Positions 54,205 to 61,938 of a DNA stretch of 64,000 nucleotides are shown here, one piece after another. Under the pieces are notes generated by a model. The model was not told where the DNA came from. It searched no databases and worked only from the letters and a program-made list of their open reading frames with translations. The DNA is taken from the IMG/VR virus record IMGVR_UViG_3300047160_025247; one strand, given 5' to 3'. The stretch's first letter is position 1; each line of letters starts with the position of its first letter. Origin of the DNA: a virus. Position numbers and translations under genes: made by a program.

Positions 54205-54769
54205 CCCAACCAGCACCGCCGTCCCAACCCTCCCACTTCCGCAGATCACCACGCCGAACAACCCGACGGCGCCAGCGGCGATCACCAGCTCGCTGCCGAT
54301 TCCGGCGACGATGATCAAGCAGCTGCTGAGCGGACAGCCGGCCTACACCGTCAACCGCGAGCGCGCTGCAGCCGTGCTCGACGCAGGCTTCAAGACCGCG
54401 GACACCTACAACCGCATCAAGCCCGCGCTCTTCGTCGGCGGTCTGATCGGCATGGCGGCGAGCGTCTACGCGATGTCGAAGCGCCACGGTCGCGGCGGCG
54501 AGGCCATCGCGACGTGGGCCACGGTGTTCCTCGCGAGCGCGGCAACTGCCTGGGTCACGCGCCCGATCGCGAACGCGGCGAAGCCGCCGGCGGGCTCCTC
54601 GGCCGCGGCGCAGAACTCCTTCGGCATGCTCGCGATCATCGACAAGCGCCGCGCCGAGCTGAAGGCCCAGGATCCCAACTTCGCCGACAAGGTCTTCGCC
54701 CGCTTCGACGCACTGCCTGTGGTCGCCGCGCAGCTCGACGCCTCGCCGCTCCTGAAGGCCGTGCTCTGA
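54197..54769 (+). CDS. two-TM membrane protein with Pro/Thr-rich N-terminus
   Basis: ALFVGGLIGMAASVYAM; IATWATVFLASAATAWV. Confidence 0.65.
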   Translation: MPDPTSTAVPTLPLPQITTPNNPTAPAAITSSLPIPATMIKQLLSGQPAYTVNRERAAAVLDAGFKTADTYNRIKPALFVGGLIGMAASVYAMSKRHGRGGEAIATWATVFLASAATAWVTRPIANAAKPPAGSSAAAQNSFGMLAIIDKRRAELKAQDPNFADKVFARFDALPVVAAQLDASPLLKAVL

Positions 54770-54772
54770 GTC

Positions 54773-55279
54773 ATGGTCTGCAATCCGCGCCACATTCTGC
54801 GCGGCTTCAATGGCATCATGCCGACGCACGAGCCGGAAAAGATCCTCGGGCTCACCGGCAAGCGGAAGATCTGGAAGTGCCGGGTCGTCGGCTACGACCT
54901 CTACACCGTCGACGGCAAGCACATCCGGTCGCAGTGGGCCGACTTCATTGGTGGCTCACATCATCTCGTGAACCAGTTCATCCCGAAGACGGAGATCTGG
55001 CTCGACGCAACGGTGCGCGGAGAGTGGCCCGGCTATCTCGCGTCGCACGAGCTGCTCGAAGCGCTGCTGATGCAGCTCCGAGGCTGGACCTACGATCGCG
55101 CCCACACCGCCGCGAACGGTCTGGAGCAAGAGCTGCGCGGCACAGCTGAGCACAACTCCCTCAGCGGTCCCAAGATCGCCGAGATCTGGGGCCACCATCT
55201 TCGCGAGCTGTTCCCGAAAGGCGACGACGTCCAAGTGGTCGCCGACACCGTCGCTCGCCAATTCTGGAGGTTCCTGTGA
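54773..55279 (+). CDS. hypothetical protein with an HE-x-x-E...H metal-site-like motif
   Basis: VDG..IR...DFIGGSH...FIP..EIWLD...SHELLEALLM...YDRAH. Confidence 0.55.
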   Translation: MVCNPRHILRGFNGIMPTHEPEKILGLTGKRKIWKCRVVGYDLYTVDGKHIRSQWADFIGGSHHLVNQFIPKTEIWLDATVRGEWPGYLASHELLEALLMQLRGWTYDRAHTAANGLEQELRGTAEHNSLSGPKIAEIWGHHLRELFPKGDDVQVVADTVARQFWRFL

Positions 55280-55899
55280 TCGGCGCACTCATCGGCGGCA
55301 TCGCGACTCTCGCGCTCGTGGGCAATCCGCCGCACCGGACGCAGCGTCGGCGGCGGCGCAACCCGCTTCGTCGCGGCCGTTCTCGCGCCGTGGTCAGCGG
55401 AAATATCCGCGAGCTGATGCACGCCGGCTACCCACAGAAGCAGGCGGTCGCTATCGCGTTGAAGAAGTCGCGCAACCCGCACCTCGGCAACAAGGGTGAC
55501 GAGTTCAAGAAGCACGCCGCACTGCGCGTGCTGCAGGACGCGATCGAGAAGCAGTACGGCAAGCGCCTCTCGCTCGATCAGGTGCAGAGCTTCCTCAACG
55601 ACGCCGAGCGCTTCATGCGCCGCGAGCACGCGAGGCGGACCTTCCGCGTCGTCGAGGGCCGCCGGCGTGCGAACCCGGTCTCGGTCGACACGCTAGCGAT
55701 GCCGGTGGCGAGCATGTTCTGGCGCAAGCACGGCTACCAGTCGCCCGGCCACGCCGAGGATCTCGCGATGATGGCGAAGCGCGGCTCGACCGCCCAGAAG
55801 CTCTGGGCGCGCGTCGCCCAGATCCTGAAGGGCTGGCTCTACGGCGGAAAGAAGCGCTCGAACCCCTGTTTTAGGGGCATGCGGAAACACAAGCACTGA
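55276..55899 (+). CDS. NP-delimited basic polyprotein with hydrophobic N-terminus
   Basis: LALVGNP, RRRNP, SRNP, RANP and RSNP separate small modules including SGNIRELMHAGYPQKQAVAIAL. Confidence 0.75.
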   Translation: MIGALIGGIATLALVGNPPHRTQRRRRRNPLRRGRSRAVVSGNIRELMHAGYPQKQAVAIALKKSRNPHLGNKGDEFKKHAALRVLQDAIEKQYGKRLSLDQVQSFLNDAERFMRREHARRTFRVVEGRRRANPVSVDTLAMPVASMFWRKHGYQSPGHAEDLAMMAKRGSTAQKLWARVAQILKGWLYGGKKRSNPCFRGMRKHKH

Positions 55900-55953
55900 T
55901 CCACGAACCTTGTACACCCCCTTTAACCCCATAGGCTATGACCTGAGGTACCC

Positions 55954-56304
55954 ATGCAGCGCGACCCCCACGACGACCTCCTCCTGACCAAGCGGCCGAC
56001 CACGGTCGTGACGCAGGCCACCTCGCTCCTCGACAACGCCCCGGCGCCCTTCGGCGACGTCGACGACGAGGAGTTCATCTTCGCCGGCATCGCGGCCGAT
56101 GACGGTGATCTCGACAACGCCGCCACCTCCGCCGCGGCCCGCGCCGGCGTGATGTCGCGCGTGCCGAACGTCGCACCGGTCACCAGCCCGCTCAATCCGC
56201 CGCTGACGCCGCCCGCGCAGCCGGCGCCGAGCATCTGGCCGGTGGTCGCCATCCTCGGCGGTCTCGTCGGTATCACCTGGCTGATGAGCAGCAAGCGGAG
56301 CTGA
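55954..56304 (+). CDS. acidic small protein with C-terminal TM anchor
   Basis: Ends VVAILGGLVGITWLMSSKRS. Confidence 0.7.
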   Translation: MQRDPHDDLLLTKRPTTVVTQATSLLDNAPAPFGDVDDEEFIFAGIAADDGDLDNAATSAAARAGVMSRVPNVAPVTSPLNPPLTPPAQPAPSIWPVVAILGGLVGITWLMSSKRS

Positions 56305-56309
56305 GCTTC

Positions 56310-56585
56310 GTGAGCGGCTCGTACATGCAGTCGTACCTCAGCGGCGACGAGTTCGAAGTCGACGCGAGCCAGGCCACCTCGCCGCTCGCGCCGGCCTTCG
56401 GCGACGCACCGCCGGCTTCTGACCTCGTCACGCTCCCTGGTGGCATCGTCGTGCCACGGAAGACGCTGCTGACGCTCCTGGCGGTCGCCGCCGCGGTCGC
56501 GCTCTTCCTGTACCTCCGCAAGCGTGAGCGCCGCCTGCGGCGCCTGGAGCGCGCTTCGGCGAGCGAGGAAGGCGGCGACGAGTGA
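56310..56585 (+). CDS. small TM protein
   Basis: LLTLLAVAAAVALFLYLRKRERR. Confidence 0.7.
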   Translation: MSGSYMQSYLSGDEFEVDASQATSPLAPAFGDAPPASDLVTLPGGIVVPRKTLLTLLAVAAAVALFLYLRKRERRLRRLERASASEEGGDE

Positions 56586-56959
56586 ACCAGCAGCGGCCGG
56601 TGATGAACCAAGTGCTGGGCGGTCTGGGACAGATCGTCAACACGGGGTTGTTCCGCACCGCCGCGAAGAACTGGTGGATCACCGCGCCGCTCGGCCTCGC
56701 CGCCTACACGGTGCTGCGTGAGCGCCACAAGAAAGGCCAGCTGACGCTCGCGAACGCGATCAGCGACCTGACGCCGATGGTCACGCTAGTCGCGACGATC
56801 GTGATCCTCAACAATGTGCTCGAACAGCGTGAGGGCGCCACGCCAGCACCTGTCGCGGCGCGCCTGCCGCTTGGGCCCGTGAAGGACGCCAGCTTCACGC
56901 CGATGTCGCGCAACGACCAGCCGATCCCTGCCATCCCTGTCTCGGGAGCCATGACATGA
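56582..56959 (+). CDS. small two-TM protein
   Basis: VLGGLG motif; WWITAPLGLAAYTVL; LVATIVIL. Confidence 0.65.
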   Translation: MNQQRPVMNQVLGGLGQIVNTGLFRTAAKNWWITAPLGLAAYTVLRERHKKGQLTLANAISDLTPMVTLVATIVILNNVLEQREGATPAPVAARLPLGPVKDASFTPMSRNDQPIPAIPVSGAMT

Positions 56960-57345
56960 CCTTCCGCCGCCAAGCGCTCCCGCTCCACGCCGGTCGCTCG
57001 ATCAACCACACCAACGGCCGCGGCCTCGGCACGAAGCAGATCGTGAAGCCGCAGAACGGCCTGACGCTCGGGCGCCGCCCAATCATGCCGATCGTCCGCG
57101 GTCAGGGCATGTTCGGCCCCGCCGAAGAGTACAAGCCAGCCCTGATCGGCATGGGGCGCCGCCCCGTGTTCGCGCGCAGCGGCAACGAGGACTCGCAGCA
57201 CCTCGCCGACGGCGAAGACCACCCGTGGGCGCTCGTCGGCGACATGGAGCCGGCCGAGATCGAGGCGAACAAGCAGGCGGACGTCAAGTCCTACGCCGTC
57301 GGCGCGCTCGCCGCGCTCGCGCTCGGGATCCTCGCCTTCCGCTGA
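56956..57345 (+). CDS. small protein with LIGMG motif and C-terminal TM anchor
   Basis: Ends AVGALAALALGILAFR. Confidence 0.7.
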   Translation: MTFRRQALPLHAGRSINHTNGRGLGTKQIVKPQNGLTLGRRPIMPIVRGQGMFGPAEEYKPALIGMGRRPVFARSGNEDSQHLADGEDHPWALVGDMEPAEIEANKQADVKSYAVGALAALALGILAFR

Positions 57346-57352
57346 GCCCACC

Positions 57353-57640
57353 GTGGCGAAGATCAGCCGCGCCGCATTCAGCCACGAGGTCCGCTACTCG
57401 TTCCACTGCCCTGGCTGCGGCTACGGCCACGCGTTTCGCGTTCAAGGCCAGAGCCCGATCTGGGACTGGAACGGCAGCGTCGACAAGCCGACCTTCCACC
57501 CCTCGCTACTCTACCTGCCCACGCCCGGCGGCACGATCAAGCGCTGCCACCTCTACGTGTGCGACGGTATGATCCAGTATCTCGACGACTGTGACCACGC
57601 GCTCGCCGGCAAGACCGTTGCGATGGAAGATGACGCCTAG
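57353..57640 (+). CDS. DUF6527-like Zn-binding protein
   Basis: FHCPGCG..H...W.WNGS.DKPTF.PSL...CH....G.IQYL.DC.H.LAG. Confidence 0.7.
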   Translation: MAKISRAAFSHEVRYSFHCPGCGYGHAFRVQGQSPIWDWNGSVDKPTFHPSLLYLPTPGGTIKRCHLYVCDGMIQYLDDCDHALAGKTVAMEDDA

Positions 57641-58482
57641 AGATTCAGCCCGAGCGCGAGCAGTTGTGCGTTGTCGCGCTGCCAGACCTTCCAGGGACCG
57701 TTCGGCCTATAGGCGCTGCCGGCCCACAGGATCGGCCCGCGCAGGCTGATGATGCGGCGCACGAAGTATGGATCGCCTTCCTCCGGTCGCACCTGCGTCA
57801 GCAGGTCGACGTAGTCGCGATAGGCGTCACGACGCATCTCGACTTCCTGAGGAGGCGGTGCGGGAACATCGGTCTCTTCCGGCGGGACGAAGGTGCTCTC
57901 GATCGACGGTGATGCCGCGTGGCTTGAGAATTTCCCTCGGTTCATACTCGACGTCACATCCGACGGCTTCAGGCCCATGGCTTCGAGATCCTTCTCGGTG
58001 CAGTGCTTCCACGGCCTGTTGGGATCGAGAAACTTCCCATCTTCCCCGAGAATCTGCGCAATAGCAGCGATGAACTCTCTCGGGATGATGTTCGATTGAT
58101 CGGTGATGAACTTGACCTTGCCCCACAACGGCACAGAGAAGCGATCTCGGAGTAGCAAGTAGTCGACAAACCGACGGATATTGACGTTGATGACTTGATC
58201 TTGCGGACGGTCGAGATGAAACATCTCCTGTTCAGTGATAGCTCCAGTTGCCTCGACCATCGTGGCTTCCGAACGCTGTCCCGTCAGGATCAAGTCGATG
58301 TAGTGTTTCAACCCTTCTTTATCGTCTGCAAAAGCCCAAACGAACTTCGACGGGATGTCTGGTGACAACGCAGGGAAAACGTTCACCGCTCTCCACCCTC
58401 GATTACCGAGTGATCGGAGCAGGTAGCAGCGATAGCTCCAGTTCGCCCTGAGATTCGGCGGACGCCCCGGCATTCCGCTCAT
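57637..58482 (-). CDS. hypothetical protein (lower GC3)
   Basis: ATGA overlap with the upstream gene; start MSGMPGRPP. Confidence 0.6.
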   Translation of the reverse strand: MSGMPGRPPNLRANWSYRCYLLRSLGNRGWRAVNVFPALSPDIPSKFVWAFADDKEGLKHYIDLILTGQRSEATMVEATGAITEQEMFHLDRPQDQVINVNIRRFVDYLLLRDRFSVPLWGKVKFITDQSNIIPREFIAAIAQILGEDGKFLDPNRPWKHCTEKDLEAMGLKPSDVTSSMNRGKFSSHAASPSIESTFVPPEETDVPAPPPQEVEMRRDAYRDYVDLLTQVRPEEGDPYFVRRIISLRGPILWAGSAYRPNGPWKVWQRDNAQLLALGLNL

Positions 58483-58973
58483 GGCCGCGCCATCAGCTTG
58501 GTGTTGAGCAGCTCCCACGTCTTCGCTTCGGCCGCGCCGTCGAACAGCCACAAACGGATGGACCAAGCCACCTTGACGACTTCGCAGGCTTCTTTGGCTG
58601 TCGCTTCGACGTCCTGCGCTCGAATGCGGGCGTTGTTGCGGAAGAGGGTGAAGGCCTCGGTGGTGCGCTGCAGCGCGATCTCTTCGGTCTCTGAGTCGTT
58701 CGCGGCTTGGACGACCTTGTTCATGTCGTTGGTGTTCTCGGCGAACTGCACCGGAACGCGCAGGAGGGTTGCGAAGGCGTAGCTGCTCAGCTCCAGCATC
58801 GCGCTGTCAGCCGGGCGGAACGCCACGAGCTGCGACGGTGGATAGCTGTAGACCAACGAGAAGCACGGTGTGCCGTCCCACGCCGTCGCCGCGAAGCGCA
58901 GCTGCCACACCGGCGCGCTGAGGTCGACCGCGGCGATGGGGGCGCCGGGTCGACCTGCGAGCAGCTTCGGCAC
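58479..58973 (-). CDS. hypothetical protein
   Basis: GGGAGG RBS region; operon coupling. Confidence 0.65.
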   Translation of the reverse strand: MPKLLAGRPGAPIAAVDLSAPVWQLRFAATAWDGTPCFSLVYSYPPSQLVAFRPADSAMLELSSYAFATLLRVPVQFAENTNDMNKVVQAANDSETEEIALQRTTEAFTLFRNNARIRAQDVEATAKEACEVVKVAWSIRLWLFDGAAEAKTWELLNTKLMARP

Positions 58974-58976
58974 GAG

Positions 58977-60986
58977 TTAGCCTCCCGACTGCGCGGCGGT
59001 GCCGTTGGCCGGCGGATCCGCGGGCTTCTCGCCCTCCGGCTTGGCCTCGGCGGCCGGCGGCTGCGCCTTCGGCGTGCGCGGACGCTTGGGACGCGGAGTC
59101 GGCTTGTCGGCCGCGGCCGGCGGCGTGGTGCCCGCAGGCGGAGTCGTCGCCGCCGGATGGGCCGCCATCGGCTGCTGGGTCTGCTGCTCGCTCGTCTCGT
59201 CGATGACGCGCGCCTGCGGAGGCGCCGCACGCTGGCCGGGCGCCGGCTGGTTCGCCTTCACGAACTGCGCGGTCTCGATGATCGCGTTGTCCATGCGGTC
59301 GCGCGTGATCGTGCCGCTGATCATCGCGCTCAGGTCGGCGAGCGCCGACATGAGGAACTCGACGTTCTTCTCCTGCTCGACCCATTGCAGCAGCACCGGG
59401 TTCACGAGCACGATCGGCGAGCCCAGCTCCATGATCTTGTCGCGGTTGTTCGCGGCCACCGCCTCCAGCATCGCCGGCGGCGCCCACTGCTGGACCCACT
59501 TCAGGAGGTTGAAGCGCTGGCCCGGCTCGATCTCGCCGACGCTCAGACGGCGGATACTGTCAAGCGAGATTCGGATGCGCTCGGCGTCAGGGTAGTCGGC
59601 CGGGTTGCGCGAGCGGCGAGGAGCCTGCTGCGCCTGGGCCTGCTCGGCGGTCGCCGGGACAGCGGCCGGCGGAGGAACCTTCCCACGCCGCGGTCGCGGC
59701 TGCTGCTCGGCGGCCGGCTGCTCGGTGACCACCTGGGCCTGAGGAGGCTGCTGCTGAGGCGCCGATTGCTGCAGCTCGGGGCCCGGGGCCTGCTGACCCT
59801 GCTGCTGCATGCCGGCGAGGAGTGGACCCGCGATCTTCGCGATCTGCGCGAGCGTGCCTTCCTCCTTGTCGCCACCACCGCTGGTCTTCAGCTCCATCAG
59901 CTCCTTCATCGTGCCGAGGGCGCTCTTCATCGTCAGGCCGAGCACCTCGCTCTGGATGCTGGCGGAAGCCTTGACCTGCTCCTGCTGCTGCGCGAGATTG
60001 CTCTGCGCCATCGACTGCATCAGCTTCGCCATCTCGGCCATCATCGTCGCGTCGAAGCTCTTCTCGGGCTTCTCGTTCATCTTGGCCTTGAACATCTCGA
60101 TCAGCAGCTGGTCGGTCGGGCTCGGCCCGTGATCCTTCTTGCCGAAGATCTTCTCGATCAGCGGCACGAGCGCGGGCAGCGCGCTGACGATCAGCGTGCG
60201 GAACTCCGAGCGGCGCTTCTCGGCGCGCTCTTCGCGCTCGGCGGCGTCGCGGCGGGAGCGCTCCTCGGCTTCGCGCTGCTGCTGCGACAGCTGCTGCATC
60301 ATCTGCATGGTGGCGCTCTGCTGGCTTGCGATCAGCGAGGCGATCTCGGTGCCGCGGCGAGCTTCGTCCTGGCGCTCGGCGCGCAGCGCGCTGGTGAGCG
60401 ATGTGGTGTCGAGCGCAGGCGGCGGAGGGGGCACCTGGAAGGATGGAGCCTGCTGGAAGCCGAGATCCAGCTCGGGCTCGCCTTCACCATTCAGATCGGC
60501 GGCCGGCTGATCGTCGACGCTGCCCTCTTCGCCGATCTCGATGTCCCAGGCGGTGTCCACCATCGGGCGGTTCGCCTTGTCGTGGAAGCGACCGATGAAC
60601 TTGCCGCCGTTGGGGAACTTCTCCAGCAGCTTCGACGCCACGTAGTCGTCGGTCGACGTCCCGTCGGCGGTCGCATCCTCCAGATCCTTCACCACGATCT
60701 GCAGCACCGGCTTCGAGCCGAAGGCGATCTTGCCATCCTTCGCACGGTAGACGACGACGCGACTGTCGAGCGCCTTCGGGGCCACACTCTCGATCCGCTT
60801 CCGCTCCGCGCTGCGCTCAATCCGCTGCTGCTGCACCTCGGGATCCGCCGCCGGTCGGCCGACCGGGTTCACCGCCTGCTGCCCACCGCCGGGGGACATC
60901 ACCGGCGCGGAGCGGGCGAAGCCGGGGGACATCACCGGCGACGCCGGCGGAGCGATGGGAGGAAGAGCGGGGGAGGCGCCGTCCAT
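58977..60986 (-). CDS. 669-aa protein: Pro-rich ends, globular N-domain, long Gln/Met-rich coiled coil, helical C-domain
   Basis: Strong GC3 bias on the minus strand; GAGG RBS. Confidence 0.75.
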   Translation of the reverse strand: MDGASPALPPIAPPASPVMSPGFARSAPVMSPGGGQQAVNPVGRPAADPEVQQQRIERSAERKRIESVAPKALDSRVVVYRAKDGKIAFGSKPVLQIVVKDLEDATADGTSTDDYVASKLLEKFPNGGKFIGRFHDKANRPMVDTAWDIEIGEEGSVDDQPAADLNGEGEPELDLGFQQAPSFQVPPPPPALDTTSLTSALRAERQDEARRGTEIASLIASQQSATMQMMQQLSQQQREAEERSRRDAAEREERAEKRRSEFRTLIVSALPALVPLIEKIFGKKDHGPSPTDQLLIEMFKAKMNEKPEKSFDATMMAEMAKLMQSMAQSNLAQQQEQVKASASIQSEVLGLTMKSALGTMKELMELKTSGGGDKEEGTLAQIAKIAGPLLAGMQQQGQQAPGPELQQSAPQQQPPQAQVVTEQPAAEQQPRPRRGKVPPPAAVPATAEQAQAQQAPRRSRNPADYPDAERIRISLDSIRRLSVGEIEPGQRFNLLKWVQQWAPPAMLEAVAANNRDKIMELGSPIVLVNPVLLQWVEQEKNVEFLMSALADLSAMISGTITRDRMDNAIIETAQFVKANQPAPGQRAAPPQARVIDETSEQQTQQPMAAHPAATTPPAGTTPPAAADKPTPRPKRPRTPKAQPPAAEAKPEGEKPADPPANGTAAQSGG

Positions 60987-61055
60987 GATGTGTAACCTCG
61001 GGTGGTTTGAGCTTGACTCCCAAGGTTACGTTACCCGTTTCAGAAAGGCAAACCC

Positions 61056-61073
61056 GTTCCGTTTTTTCGGACA
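61056..61073. promoter_or_regulatory. TGTCCG-N6-CGGACA-type site (2 mismatches)
   Basis: GTTCCG-TTTTTT-CGGACA, 69 nt upstream of the 60986 ATG. Confidence 0.55.
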
Positions 61074-61146
61074 AAAGTTACGCCGCCCTGGAAATAAAAT
61101 GCCGCGCGCTGCGATCACTCAGCGCGCGGCAACGTGCCGACGGAAA

Positions 61147-61521
61147 TGGTGGAGATGCCGGGAGTTGAACCCGGGTCCATGGCCTCTCAGATCGTGCGCT
61201 CTCCTAGAAACAGCACCGCGGTTCGGCGCGGGCGCCTACTCAGCCAGGTACCTCCTGCCTGTGCTCGGGGTGGATTGTCTTCAGCCTGCTTAGGATCACC
61301 AGTCCGCTGCAGGCCTAGCCTTCATGTTCTCCCGCGTCGAAGGCGGTCATAGCGAGAGATTGGAACGCTGCTCATGCAGCTGCGGGTTAGGCAGCGGCGC
61401 GAACGGCGTCGAACTCGACGTGGTCGTCGTTTCGGTTTTTGCTCGCTTGATGTCGCGGTCCACGAGCGCCGCGTTCTAGCTCACACGACCGTCGCGGTCA
61501 TGTCGAAGCCTGTTCATCCCC
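61147..61521 (-). ncRNA. ssrA: tmRNA
   Basis: 5' GGGGATGAACAGGCTTCGAC; 3' GACCCGGGTTCAACTCCCGGCATCTCCACCA; G3-U70 wobble; internal tag frame ...NDDHVEFDAVRAAA* (61434-61387). Confidence 0.92.
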
Positions 61522-61938
61522 ATATATGGTTGTCAACGTCGCTGAGATCCTAGGCGCCGCTTCCTGGCATGCAAGGCGGACGCTCCGCGAGAAGTTCCGT
61601 CGCCCCAGCTCGCGCCGAAGCTCGATCGGCTTGTCGCGCTCGTTCTGCGACTGCGTGCCAAGCAGGATGTTGTCCCACGCGTTGTTGAAGCCGTTTCCGT
61701 CGGCGTGACGAACGTGCAGAGAGCGCCAGAGCGCGCGACTGCCGTACTTCAGGTAGGCGACGAAACGGTGCGCCTTCACCTTCACGTTGCCAACCGAGAA
61801 GGAGAGATAAATCATCCGCGTGTGCTGCTTCTCGATCAGCTTGAGCTTGATGCCGGTTGGACCGTAGACGTTGCCGAGCTGATCGACGGTGTAGCCAACC
61901 CGCGCAGCGTAGCGGATCGCGCTGTTAGCTTTGGTCAC
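61498..61938 (-). CDS. HNH homing endonuclease
   Basis: KAHRFVA...HVRHADGNGFNNAWDNILLGTQSQN. Confidence 0.9.
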   Translation of the reverse strand: MTKANSAIRYAARVGYTVDQLGNVYGPTGIKLKLIEKQHTRMIYLSFSVGNVKVKAHRFVAYLKYGSRALWRSLHVRHADGNGFNNAWDNILLGTQSQNERDKPIELRRELGRRNFSRSVRLACQEAAPRISATLTTIYGDEQAST

